A stretch of DNA of 63,635 nucleotides, the filler included, from Asterionella formosa (Eukaryota): assembly GCA_002256025.1 (NCBI GenBank). It is 5 parts of 5 records of this genome, joined end to end, with 100 filler letters (N's around TTAATTAATTAA, not from the genome) between each part and the next. Parts side by side here need not be neighbours in the genome. Positions count along the whole stretch, not along the records: positions 25,500 to 38,145 come from NKIB01007322.1; positions 38,246 to 50,890 come from NKIB01007330.1; 3 more parts are not named here. One strand, given 5' to 3'. Shown piece after piece: positions 35,516 through 48,673 of the stretch; the first letter of the stretch is position 1; every line of letters starts with the position of its first letter. A model generated the notes under the pieces. It was given only the letters and a program-made list of their open reading frames with translations, searched no databases and was not told the DNA's origin. A program made the translations under genes and the position numbers.

Positions 35516-38145
35516 ATGTTAACAACAGGCCTTCTATCGTTAAGTGTGCATGAAGCGCTAACATTTGATGGCACAGAGATCGTGTTGCATCCTGATCTCT
35601 TCGTGGATCCTCGACGAATATCCACAGGAGTGTCGGGATCGCCTGTAATAACAGCCCCCACTGGTGGGCAAGGGATTCTGCCCTTACACAGGTCCGCAAG
35701 CAGCGACAACTCACTCCCTCATCATGCACCTCACTTGGATATCAAGTCATCATATCCAGATGACGTTAAGCAAGGATCGACCTATCCTTCTGGTGCAAAC
35801 ATTCGCAGACGGATAGAGAAAGGAAACATGCTAGAGATCAGGGTCTGGGATGCTCTTCCAGGCGCCAAAAGGTCCATGTCGCCCCCCTCATCTGCCAGGC
35901 GCACTTTGCCACCAACACCAGGTCTCGCCATGCCTTCGGAGTCTTCTAGCAACGAGCCGCTCTTTAGAAACGGCAGCACCAATGCTTCCCTACACATTTC
36001 TGTGAACATACCTTCGTCGTCAACACTAGCTTTCCAATATGCCGACGAATCTTCGCTTCAGCCATCAGGAGGGTCGGAGCATGTGAGTGGAGACGAGTCT
36101 ACTGAATCGTCCGGAGAGACCTTCACGAAGGATGCGATGGTCACATCTTCCTTGCCATCCTCTCCAAAGGAGGATCATCGCTTGCTCGGAAAAGGGAAGG
36201 TGGAACTGACTTTGAAGAATGCTGCTAACGGAACATCTGCGGGTCCTTCGCCACTGCCACCTCGGCATCGAGCCTGCAACAGTGACGTTATTCCTCGAAT
36301 GACTGCGTTGGCACTCAATAAATCGCCATTTTGGACCCGTGGTCGGGCTCCAAATCCCTTGACAAATTCCGACACTCGACATCACTCCGTTCCCAAACCA
36401 CCATTGCTCGCCGGTAGTCACATGAGGGACATTTCAGACATGACAATGGAGACATTCACAGGGAATCAGCTTCTGCAAGCGGATTCTGGATTAGAGTCCA
36501 ACACCAGTCAGGATGATGAAGATGATCCATTTAACAAAATTTCTCGGACTCATACATTGAGGCTTTCGTTTGTCATGCTGGTCACAGAAAAATCTCTGAC
36601 TTCCTTGGCAAGCACTGCACGAACACAGGTTTCGCTGTTGCGTCAAGTGGCAGAACTATACAATATTTCATCGTATGATATGGTCACAGTGAACAGGATC
36701 GAAAAATCAGATGAGGGGACGGTCCTAGAGGCTGTGTCTGCTGACTTTGTTACTGTCACCATTCAGGATCAATTCATTGGTCGCGGAGACATGTATTTGT
36801 TTCAAAAATCACTGATTGGCCGCTGGATCTATGAGGGAGAGAGAATACAAGACTTGACTCTAGGAATCAAAGCGAATTCACGAGAAATTCGTCACAAGAA
36901 TAGACTGGCCAAGTCAGGAATCATTACCGAACGAAGTGTGATCACCTTTCGCAGTCGCTCAGCGAGAATCATGTGGCTGGTTCAGTTGTCTTCAGAAATG
37001 TGGGATTATGCATCGCCATATGAAAAGAAAGGAAGCGGAGAATTGCAAGCATGTGAACTTTACTTTGAAAAATTTGTCAGATTTATGTACAAACTTTTCA
37101 AGAAATGGAAGGACCTAAAGGTATCGCACTCTTTGACTGTTGTGTTCTTTAGTCGAACATTTATCAGCTGTAATCAACCTGGTCTAGCGACCTGTATGGG
37201 TGGGGGCAACAATTTTAACGTGGATGTCTATGGACGAAGGTATGAGGATCACTATAAAACAATTGTGGAAAATGAAACAAACACTGATTGGGACAAACTT
37301 ATTTATCGCATCAAACAGGAATTTTTTCAGTTTCCCATGGAAGTAGGTTGGAATCTGAAGGGTAGGGAAATCCGGCAGCCCTCCAATGCCACGCAAGGCA
37401 ACGTGCTTGAGGCCATCAATGTTTGTTTAAATTTATTACAATTTCATTATCTTGATCGAGATTTGCACCGAACTGGAAATAGCATTGTGTTGGTGTCACC
37501 ATCAAGTGGCGTCTTTGAAGTTGACAAGGGCCTTGCTGGCATCACCTTGCAAAGAATGATGGACAATGGTATTGGAAGTGACATGCTCAGTCTTGGACTC
37601 CCGCCTCTTCATATCGCTCCCTTTTTCCTTTACAACCACGCCTTCCATTCAGTTGACACGCAAGGCGTTATAGCTGATCATACGTATTATGAAGTGCCTC
37701 ATTGGATGCACTTATCATTCGTGAGCTATGATTCAGAAGATTTACCTTTGGAGGAGCATGAGCCCGGTATGCTGGAAAAGGCACGCGCGTCCAAACCAGA
37801 GGAAGGGCCTGCATACACAATGGCAGTGGCGGCCAACGGCTTTTTGCTTCCAGAAATTCGAAACAGACAGGGAAACCCAGGGCCTCCGACGGCGATGAAT
37901 TCATCACCTTCAAAATCATTTTCTGCCATGGCCAACATTGCGGCATCCCCTAAACCCAATGCAGCCTCGCAGTCTCGGCAGCGAGCCCTTATCGAAGGGC
38001 GAGACTTTCAAGATATTCTGGAAGCCTGTCGACCTCGTCAAATACAAATAATGCCGTCTGCTCTCACTTTTCAACTCAAAATGAAGAAGATGCAACCCAC
38101 AACTCGTGTCGAATCGATACACAGGGTATCAAGTGATGACTCAAC
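35516..38145 (+). CDS. DEPDC5: GATOR1 subunit DEPDC5/IML1 homolog, 3'-partial
   Basis: ITFRSRSARIMWLVQLSSEMWDY, LYFEKFVRF, GNVLEAINVCLN..HYLDRDLHRTG, PPLHIAPFF, YEVPHW; cut by the linker. Confidence 0.9.
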
Positions 38146-38245
38146 NNNNNNNNNNNNNNNNNNNNNNNNNNNNNNNNNNNNNNNNNNNNTTAATTAATTA
38201 ANNNNNNNNNNNNNNNNNNNNNNNNNNNNNNNNNNNNNNNNNNNN
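38146..38245. other. Artificial scaffold linker
   Basis: 100-nt N/TTAATTAATTAA spacer. Confidence 0.95.
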
Positions 38246-38329
38246 TACATGACCAGCAGGGTTGGCAGGAGCGGCGGAAGCAGACCAGGCCCAGCAAAAT
38301 GCCACAACGAGAGAAGCGAAGATGAGCAT
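38246..38329 (-). CDS. 5' end of a secreted protein (signal peptide), truncated by the linker
   Basis: Minus strand reads MLIFASLVVAFCWAWSASA-APANPAGHV; APANP resembles N-termini of M6-type metalloproteases (weak). Confidence 0.55.
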
Positions 38330-39036
38330 GAATTCGTCTATTGTCAATTGTTTTATGTTCTATTGAATGGAAAGAAACTGCTGCTTGTTGCGTTAGCTAT
38401 GAGCCGATTCTTTGACAAGGTTTGAGGGATGTCGTACTTGCTATTTCCTCGAGAGAAGTCATTTCCCGTACGGTCGGGTTATTCGTGAGCAAAGTATCAA
38501 TCACTATGAGTACTTAAACCCCGACAAGACATCTCAATTACTTGTCTGATCGTATTTCGAAGGGCATTTCACTTCCAAGGCATTAATACCTGCCTCCCTG
38601 TCAGGAAACGTCCAATCACTTTATAGATTAATTACATCTATGCCGGTTTGAATTTCGCCAAGGAGGGTTCTGAAGTTTAGATAGACAGAATTCATTGTCG
38701 GCCATCCACAAGGCGTATAATTGTCCATTATGACCACCGCAATCGCAGCTACCCTTTGTAGTACCCCTGGTACCAGGTACGTAACATCACTGCCGACAAA
38801 TCTTTCGACTATTATCTAATTGTGCGTTATATTACAGTTAGCCCGTAGAGTCTACCTGAACTCATTGCATGCTGAAATATATATTATTATGATCTCCAGG
38901 ACTTTCCAGTATGTAGTGTACCTTGTTACCGGTAAGTTCTTGCCTTTGCTTAGCATTAGTATTGAATCATGCTCGCCTCGTGAGTCATTACCTGGGCGAG
39001 AATCGAAAATATGGTCATTGGAACAATGTATACCAG

Positions 39037-39123
39037 CAAGTTGCGGTAATTTTGCTGAACTAAAGATTTTGCTATCTTTATCCCAGATTAAAATGTTAAT
39101 TAAAGCAAAATGACCGCAACTTG
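39037..39123. mobile_element. MITE family A copy
   Basis: TIR CAAGTTGCGGT...ACCGCAACTTG with a CAG target duplication. Confidence 0.85.
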
Positions 39124-40245
39124 CAGTTCGCCAACTAGGAATGTACGGGCAGGGTCACTTTTGATTTGCTTTCTTGTAAATTAAAAAAACTACTACCGGT
39201 ATGTCTATCGTACACGAAATTATGATAGACTCCCTGGTACAACCGGTATTCTGGGCGAACCATCAGATATACCGGTACCTGATACAAGGATTATATACAG
39301 TGAGGGAATTCGAAACCAGCCAGTAAACTTTAAATGGGGATACATTTGCCATTCACTGCACCATGTTTACTGAACGATCAGGTGATGGTGGAATGATCCA
39401 ACATGCATGGTTGTTGCCAACTGTCATCAGGCATGGTTGGTACCACCAGGGTACCTGTTAGTCGATCACACATGCTGGGTCATTCAAACCATAATCATTT
39501 GTTTGTTTATAGCAAATCAGCAGGAGAAGGCAGCTACAATACCAGATTCCATTGAGGAAGGCAAGCATCACACTTCTTGTGGCTGCTCGTGAACCATCAG
39601 AACACTCGTCTGTGAATAGATTTTCCATTAGATCTAATGCTTTACTCAGCATACGTTAAAAACTTATTAGTTATTCATATTGTTAAAAAGTTCATGCCGG
39701 TAATGCGTTCTATTCCACATAACGAACTGATGAGGGAATGGTGATCGAGAGACTTCTACTGGTATCAAACCAACCGGTGGGAAGAGGTAAGTTGTTTGCT
39801 TCTCAACTGTCGCTACCAAGGGGCTTATGATTGGTACCATGTGAGACTGGAAGCAAACTATAAGATTGTAACACTGTTCATGTTCGCTGCTACCACTCAA
39901 AGTTTCTACACTACCTCAGGACGAACGATAAAAATCAACCTAATTACGAGGTAAGAAACCGCACTTAATATGTTTGAGCACAATGCTGCAGAGGCTTTGT
40001 AATGTCTGTGTCCATTAATTAGGATTTCGACATTAATAACATCTTTCCTTTCCATATATGCAGATGTGAGGGTTAACAACGCTACCTGTTACCCATCAAT
40101 CAACAGTGAGAGCAAAGGTAGGTTACTATACTCTCATTTGATGCTCGTTATGTCGATTGGAACGTGAAGTTATATCGAATGAATAACTGATTTGATCTCA
40201 CAATTAGCTACTATCTTTAGAGCGAACACCAAAACGTTAGTCGAT

Positions 40246-40338
40246 ATCAATCAGTATTTTTGTATAATCAATCAGTAATCCTGTATGATCAATCAGTAAT
40301 TCTGCATGATCAATCAGTTTTTTTGTATGATCAATCAT
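40246..40338. repeat. Tandem array of about 21-bp units (ATCAATCAGT...TGTATG)
   Basis: Four full units and one partial unit of ATCAATCAG(T). Confidence 0.75.
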
Positions 40339-41326
40339 AAAATAATACATCATACTAAGAATTTTTGGGGCAGTGCGTCTTACAGCAAAACTGTCAGGCC
40401 TAACGGTTTTTTATTTACAGATGCTGTTACCTGATAAAAAGGGTCATTTGCTCATCACGAGTCACAGAAAGGGCATATAAAGTAAAGGATTGCTATCAAT
40501 AGTCTGATTGCATATTAAAGCAAGGAGCTACATAGATTTCAGGGCTTCTCCTTCTAGCAAAGGCAGTATAGAATATTGAGTCAAATTGCATCGCACACAG
40601 TTGTGAAATTGGAGGGAGGGGTGAAACACCAAGTGTATTGCATCTTCAAATACATTGTGTGGTCATGAACCCATAAGATCATTTGCATGATCTTGAAATG
40701 GATCATGACAGTGACATTATTCCTGGGAGTGATAGCGCCAGTAGTATGGCTCAGCAGTTCCAAAATACTCCTACAACAAAAGGACAATCCGAGCTTGAAA
40801 ATAATATCTACTACATAGTACAGCCAGTACCCTGGTACTTCTCCTACCAAGCTACAAAGCTGGTGTTGACCTACTTATTGCTTGTTATTTATTTAGACCT
40901 GCAAGGTCTATAAACCCAAAATCATTGTAGCTGTACATGAACATTGTAGCACCATGTATTAGAAGAGCGATGTGCCTGACACATTTGCTTCATGTTGTCG
41001 TTGTGGCATTATCTGGTAGGTCGTTAGTGGATTGTACGTAGCTGGTGAAACATCGAACTTTTTCATGCTGTTGTAGTAGGAAGTCTCCAATAAAAGATTC
41101 CATCTTCAATGGCATAATTTTCCGAAGCATTCCTACAGAGTACATACATATGTACCGGTATATATCGGAAGGAGGCATAGAACTGGTAACATCCTCAACA
41201 TACGGACTAGATATAGTTAGTATCTGGTCTTGGTACCTGGAACCGGTAATTATAATACCGGTAGACAAGTTTGCATATCGTATGTACTTATTTATTTTCC
41301 AGGCTTGCTTCGCGATGAGATAGGCA

Positions 41327-43466
41327 ATGAGAAACGCATCCTCCACACCACCATCCTTACCTATCACGGATGAGTTGACAGGAGCGGAAGAACAACCACG
41401 GAAACCTCTAGTAGTGAGACAGTTTAGTGAAAGTACAGCGGCATCGAGTGTTCAAGATTTGGTCATGCCATCATCTCCAAGCAAAAGAAAGGACCCACCT
41501 GTGTTGGATGTGATTGCTAAACACGGTTCTCCTCCATCACAACCGGCATCAAAAGAGAAACCAGATAGAAATAAGAACAAAAGGAATACAATGAAAGACC
41601 AAGCGCAGCTTAACATTATTGTTATCTGTATGGTTTTGGCATACACACGAATGTTAGACGAATCCGAGAACATCTGTCACGTGGAACCAGTCCTGGCCAA
41701 AACCATTGTTGACATGGGTTCCAATTCACAAAACTACTTAAAGCCGAAGATAGGCAGACCCTACCCTGCCGAGTAAGTTTAAAAAATATATTGTCGCTCG
41801 GTGTTGTATCTTTGATGGAAACGTGTCATTCACTTCGCTTCTCGTTGCACCCACGATCATGATTGACAGCATTTGGGACACTTGGACACTCATTAGCGAA
41901 TTTCCACCTAATTTTGAAGACGACCTCTGCATTCACATCTTGGAACGAGATTCTGTTTGCAACGAATTCGTGTATTCCATTCTACATTCTCAATGTGCAG
42001 ACACTGTCTATGTTGTTTTCGGTGCAAAAGAAGAAGATCAGCATGGATTAGGTCAAGGAATGACACGCCTGCTCCCAGGTAGTGTGGATGGGTTGTGGGG
42101 GGATGGATCATCCTTAGTGGGACATTTGAAACGATTCATACAATATTCATTGAAATCACCGAAAACCATTGTGGTGTGTGGCCATGGTGGGGGCGGAGCC
42201 TTGGCTGCTATTATTGGGGCATTGTTGACAACAACAACAACAACAACAACAACACCAATGCTGAAGCCACTACAAATATGGACCTACGGAGCTCCCAAAG
42301 TTGGAGATGCAACGTTCCGAAAAATTCATCGTCAAATGGAACATCAAGGTCGTCTGCATCATCTTCGATTTGTAAATCAAGGTGACAGCATCCCTATGCA
42401 ACCCAATGCATCATGGGATGTTTGGTATCGATCGGTCGGATCCAAGATTGTGTTACCATTTACTTCCAAGACCACCTGTTTAGAACATTCCCATTCCCTT
42501 TTTGCCTATCTACAACGAGTGCAAGAGTGGAAGTGTCATGCTCCAAGCCTTGAAAATTGGCAAACCCAACAGAAGATCCAGGATCGTCAACGAACAAACA
42601 AGAATCAACGATTCGTCATGATCCTGAGTTGCATTTTACTTATTTATGGACCATTAGTGTACCTAGCCTCCTCATGGAATCATTCGGTGACACAAGAAGT
42701 TCCTGCTGCCGTGGATATACCGAATGTGCTACTTGAAAACCAAGAGGTAATTCACTACTCCGGAGATACTTCGTTGGTCTCCGAGGACCAATCGGAGTGC
42801 GCCACTGCATCGATGGAGGCGACTCCGGAAAATCACATCGAGTTTGTTGAAGCCACTGTCGAGGATACAGAGACTGTGGAAAGTAGGACCACGAATGCGA
42901 ATTCGGCTGCAGTTACGGCACTTGGTACGGTTCCATGGTTGGAAGGGGAAACTACTGCGGATGTTCAGAGCAGCCAGATCATCAACCCCTTGAACAACCA
43001 GAACGACGAACATGATACTGCCATAGCGTACGACCCAGGGAACGATACGTCCACCACCGACAACGAAGAATCCACTGCAGCAGATCCAGTTTCTGATATG
43101 CACTCTCGCCTGATGGCTGCTGTTGTGTCTGCTGCTGCTCCTTTGCCAGCCTTTATTATAATGGACTCCCCCGCTTCGCACGCCTTGGTACATTCATCAT
43201 GTTTACGCCAGCCTAATGTCCCACTTTTCAATATTGGGATGACCTTTCAACCACCCCAGCGACGTTTGTTGACGTCCGTATCGTCCGGAGAATATGGGAT
43301 TAGTTTGATACTGGCCCGATCGAGTCGACGACGTATCAAACAAATGTTGAACATGTGGGAGAAGGAAATTTTTTACCAACGCCACCTCAGGGATCATCGT
43401 GACAATGTTTTCTCAAGTACCAGTTTTACTACTAGAATGAATCAAACGCTTCTGGATGCCATATGA
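41327..43466 (+). CDS. Lipase class 3-like membrane protein lacking the catalytic serine; exons 41327..41772 and 41870..43466
   Basis: IVVCGHGGGGALA, IWTYGAPKVGD, RFVNQGDSIPMQP, H..FAYL; transmembrane helix FVMILSCILLIYGPLVYLA; frame-preserving intron 41773..41869. Confidence 0.75.
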
Positions 43467-44151
43467 GGAACAACAGTATTATGTGAACGGCAGATTAGAC
43501 GTTGATGTATAAAATATGTTGGTATATCTATTCCATACCGTTCCGTTTTGCGAATCACAACAACGAATACAAGATACCGGTTACCTGGTAGACTACTACC
43601 TGACACAACGATCGACTGAAAGACCAGCATGCTTACAGTTTTGAACACTATAATTAAATGGCTGGCCTACCCTTCGTCATGCGGCCCCGCTCGTTTCTCC
43701 ATTTTTTGGCGCGCCTATGAACGGAGATTGCATGACATGTACAAAAGACCAATTTAGGTACATCATTCTTATCATTGATTTATCAAACGGCATACCCAAT
43801 ATTCACTTATGAATATTATTGATAATGGACGATTAAATAGCCGACAATGATCTTGTATCCTACTTTACTACCGTTAGTACGGTGTATGGTTGATAATTAT
43901 GAATTATACAAACCGGCATTACTCCGTATCCAATGTAAATAGAATTATATACCGCCGCGCCAGTGAGGATGAAATCACGTTTCGTTCCACCAACATATCT
44001 ACCGTCCTCACATTCCGGCAGACTCTTTCTCGACACAGCAACACCGTCGTCCTCTATTACTATTATATCAACATACAAAATTTGTTTGGTTTGTTTGGTC
44101 AATAAAATACTTTATTAAGCACATTTGACGAGCAAGTAGATAGAATCTATC

Positions 44152-45142
44152 ATGTCGAACAAGGAAGGAGGCGCTGCTGATGTTACTCGACGAATGATTT
44201 GTGGAGGTTTAGCTGGTATGATTGCCAAAGTACGTTGCTTGGTTTCGTATGTGTATATATACCAATCGCTTTTTGAAACTACTTAACAAACATCAAACAA
44301 ACATATAGACTGCAACAAACCCATTAGATCGGATCCGTATGCTATCACAAACAGGAGAACATGGAGGAGGTGCAAATCACAGTATAGTTGGACTGTATCG
44401 TTCTATTTTACGTCACGAAGGGATCCTTGGACTATGGGCAGGAAATGGGGCTAATTTATTGCGAGTTTTTCCTTCCAAGGCCATTGTTTTTTCTAGCAAT
44501 GATGTATACACGTCTTGGTTGAAACATATCACTGGCACTGAGACATATAGTAGCGTCTTGTCCTTTTGTGCTGGTGGCATGTCGGGTATGTCTGCGACAG
44601 CTGCGACATACCCATTGGACTTGGCGCGTGGACGGATCACTGGCAAATTAGCACCAGACAAGGCATATCGTGGTGTCCTCCAAACCATCTCCATGACGGT
44701 AAGGGAAGAAGGTATTATGGCGCTATACAAGGGTGCGTTACCAACCCTGTTGGGGGCCATGCCATATGAAGGGATCAAATTTGGAACTGTCGGGGTGCTG
44801 GAAATATGGTTCCCGCCAGTGAAGGAACATGACAGTGACAACAGTAGTACTAAAAGTTCTCCACTCCGAAAAATGTGCATGGGAGGTATGGGAGGCATCA
44901 TGGCAGGTCTCATTACTTATCCGAATGATACCATCCGGCGGTTGTTGCAATTGCAAGGTAGTCGAGGGACTGAAACGAAATTCACTGGATACTTTGATTG
45001 CATGAGAAAGACGTATGCACAACATGGAATCACAAGATTCTATCGCGGTGTAGGGCTCAATATTGTTAGAATGGCACCAAATACAGCGGTTCAATTTGGA
45101 TCCTACGAAATACTGAAAAATTTAACATCAGAAATGTTGTAA
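44152..45142 (+). CDS. Mitochondrial carrier (SLC25), CoA/ADP-carrier-like; exons 44152..44229 and 44309..45142
   Basis: Three carrier repeats PLDRIR, PLDLAR, PNDTIRR; WAGNGANLLRVFP; intron 44230..44308. Confidence 0.92.
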
Positions 45143-45179
45143 TTGTAAAGAGATGAGCTTATTCTTACTCATTTACATT

Positions 45180-47864
45180 TTATTCTTGTAACATGGCCTT
45201 GTGAATGCCATCACAAACCTTTTGCAATATGCCCACGCCAGAACATGCAGTTTTCGACATTGATGCTAGGGAGAAATTTTCCAACTCCGCATTAACTTTT
45301 CCATTCTGAAAAACGGTCAAGCCACGAGGAAAAGAGGCAGTTCGATCGTAGACGAGATGGAGTTGAATGTCATGGTCCATGCCGACAATGAGCTTAATAG
45401 CTTTATTGCACTCCGTTATGACAATAGTGGACTGGACAAACGGACGTTGCCTGATGAGGCTCACATCCGTTCCCACCAATTCGATACGACCAAGAATTGT
45501 CCCAAACCGATTTAGAAACTCTTGTACACTTTGACAGGATTTCGAAATCATGTTTCGAATGGTAGTAATACAAAATAGCGCCCGAAACAGGCTTGCCGGC
45601 GCTCCAACGTCCTTGATGGTATGAACTTGAATGTTGTAAGATGAATCTGTCAGGTTGCAACACACTGTCGTCTCTAACCCGAGCAACTCGTGAGGAAAAG
45701 CGACCTTGAAATATTCGGCTTGGTACATTTGCAGTTTGAATGGAAATAGCGCCCTCGTGGCAAAATAGGTCAAACCACACCAAGGATATTCGAGTACAAT
45801 TCGGGCGTGTTCCTTGGTCTGTTGAGCCGCCACGACCTGCTGCTCCAATCTGGCAATGGCAGCTTCTTCTTGGTCGATTTGACGTTTCAACGAAGTCTTT
45901 TCCAGTGTCAAGAGATTAGTGATTGTAGAAAATTCTCTATCCAATTTCGTTGCGAACAATTTGAGCTGTGCATTGACTTTTTCAAAAGCGGCTTGCTCCA
46001 AACGCTCCACATCTACAATGGTGATTTGTTCAGCTTGTTTCCAATGCTTTGAGTTTTTGAGTAGTATGCCCTTAGGCTCCACGGTCAAAAGGCTCATGGA
46101 CCACTGTTTCAAGGTTGTCAGGAGGCAATCATAAATTTGGGATCTGACTGGCCAAAATGAATTGTTCCATTCTTCCAGGTCAGTCGTCAGCCCAGTTCCT
46201 CCTCGTGACGCCAAGGTTGTCAATGCTTCACCAGCGCTAATTTTTTGCCGATTGATCAATCGTTCCATAACATTCTACTATACAAAGCAACACACAAAAA
46301 AATGCAGTTAGCTGGATTCGGTTTGTCGTTCGAGCGATACCAAATGGGGGGCACGAACCTCCGAACATTGTTGAAAGCCCACGTCCAATTGTCGGGTAGG
46401 ACTAGTTTCATGTTGTTCTGCCATTGGCGAGTCCATTTGCAAGCTAGTCACCATGGCTTGTGGCATTCCTTCAATGTCATCCTGCAGCAATCCTTTGGAT
46501 CCAGGCGATGGGGTAAATACCGTTGAATCCCGTCGTCTGGTCGTGCCGTTTCGTTTGTTTCGCCGAGTTGTTTCCGTAAAGAGCATGGCTTCCAATTCTT
46601 CATCGTCGTCGTCTTTGATGAACTCATCAAAATCTTGTTCCCATTCACTGAGAATCGAAGTGTTGCATTTTGTTTCTGCTGTTTCCGCCAGTTCCTCTTG
46701 CGTGTTATTCTTTTGTTCAATGGGAAATCTCTCTCTAGCAACGTCAATGGGCATGGGTGTGAGTGCCCCGGTCGGTTCTTCTGCTATGAATTCTGCTGCC
46801 ATGGAGTGTCCAAACTGTACTTTCCTGGAAGGAGTCATTGCGGGGGACAACGACTCTCCAGGAGACGGAGTGGAATATGCTGACAATGGTGCGATATCGT
46901 TGGGGTTACTGATTGTGATTGAATGATGGTTCGGTCGAGAGTAAATGGTGGGAGTCTGAATGGTAATGTTGACAATTGCGTTGTTTCGCTTCTTTGTTGA
47001 GGACAAGCTGCATGAAAGAAAGTGAGTGATTGAGTGAGTGTTCGTTTGCAGATGCATGGTCTGAATCGCAAGTGTGTGTGTTAAATGTCTCTGAACGCAC
47101 CATGACTTGACAGGAGGTGCTCTAGTGGCCGACAAGGATTGTTGCTTCAAGGGTTCCGCTCCATAGCACAAATTCCAGTAGTGCTTGGCGAGTTCTTCAG
47201 GCGAGAGGCCCTGTCGAATGCGATATTGTGTGGCACTTTCATTGTCGTCATCTGACGTCGGGGAAGCAGCCGTGGAGCTCCAGCACTCTTGCAATGCCCA
47301 GCACGACGCATCCGTCGCTGTTGCAGCATCGTGGTTCTCCTTGCCACAATGTGGAAACGACCGAAGACGGCGTCGTTTGGAATGGTTGCGGCGCACTTCT
47401 TTCCCGAGTCGTTTGGCCGAGACCATAACCGGCAGAGGAGAAAATGCGGGAGGTGTCTGTTGTTCAAAGCACAAGTAGTCGTCATCGTCTTGAACTTTTG
47501 GTGTTGTGATAATCATTGCCAGTTGCTGCTGCTGCTGCTGTCCCATGGAGTGCAATGCTGCTGCGGATGATGATGATACTGCACTGCTGCTGGAGGTGAT
47601 TGTGGCATCGCGAGGGGGTGACGTTGGCGGGAATCGCTCTGACATAGCAGCAGTATCAGTATTTTCTGATGTAGAAGCAGCAGTAGCAATGCCAGCATTT
47701 CCGGTAGTACAATGATCTTCTACATCAGACATTCGTAGCAGTGGACCTCGTCGTCGTCGTCGCCTTCGTGGAGCCAACCTTGGAATCAACTTGTTACTAC
47801 TTCCTCTCCATCGATTCCAAAGGGATGCAGTAGGAACATCGTCGTCGTCGTTGATGCTTGCCAT
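45180..47864 (-). CDS. Candidate kinetochore scaffold KNL1/Spc105-like protein; introns 47008..47100 and 46275..46358
   Basis: The spliced product has KSCL (SILK-like) and RKVQF (RVxF) motifs in a disordered N-half, then a coiled coil and an alpha/beta C-terminal region (FLNRFGTILGRIELV) resembling Knl1 RWD domains. The gene model is well supported; the identity is inferred. Confidence 0.55.
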
Positions 47865-48478
47865 TGTCTACTGAAATGTTGGTTGGCTGGGGTTGACTAC
47901 TGGTACAGTAAGTACCTGGTATACGTGTGATGGAAGCGTTCTGATGTGATGATGTATGAACTACACAGTATGTACAGTATCAAGAGAATCTGACAGCTTC
48001 CATCTCTTCCCTTCTAATGGTTATTATGTAGACCTACTCCGTTTCAGTCTGTTTCCTATTACACACACACACTCTCTCTCTTCTCTTCTCGCTCTTTTTA
48101 AAATTAGACTTTAGACGACCCTGGTACCAAGGTAGTGTCATGTATTATTGTTATACGACTTATATATGTATGATGAGGCAGGTACTGGTAGGTGATGATT
48201 CGAACTGGCGGCGGATCGAAACAGCGTGGAGATACATATATTATATGTGTTTGTAAGAAAATTCCGGTTGTAACAAAAGCCACTGTCCACAAACAAAAGG
48301 AATACAAATCATTCGTTCATTGTTTTATAAAAAGTCATTGCCATACGACATCAAAAAGGGCCGTGGCACATGCACGACATAGATCTGGCTAGACCTCGAA
48401 CATTTGTATACATGATGATGATAGGTAAGCAATAATATGTATGTACCGGTATATGGATTGTGGCATTTTTCCTACGAG

Positions 48479-48562
48479 CAAGTTGCGGTTTGCCTAAACT
48501 TTCATTTTAATCTAGGATAAAAAAAGCTAAATCTTTAGTTTCAGGAATATTACCGCAACTTG
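48479..48562. mobile_element. MITE family A copy (inverted), followed by a lone TIR at 48573
   Basis: CAAGTTGCGGT...ACCGCAACTTG; interior resembles the reverse complement of the other copies. Confidence 0.75.
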
Positions 48563-48673
48563 AAAGTACCGGCAAGTTGCGGTAATTTCGCTCTACATGT
48601 CATTTAAGTTTGGCGCGAATTTTGGAAAGCAGCTATTGTAGTACTGTACCAGGTAATATTAGGTGATTGAATG

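Noticed and set aside
39727..39760. Hammerhead ribozyme core (CTGATGA...)
   Set aside because: The required GAAA and a closing stem II are absent (GAGA instead).
39690..39955. Small spliced gene with two GTAAG donors
   Set aside because: In-frame stop and no recognisable product; not supportable.
42228..42254. (ACA)n microsatellite in the lipase-like gene
   Set aside because: Ordinary in-frame poly-Thr slippage repeat.
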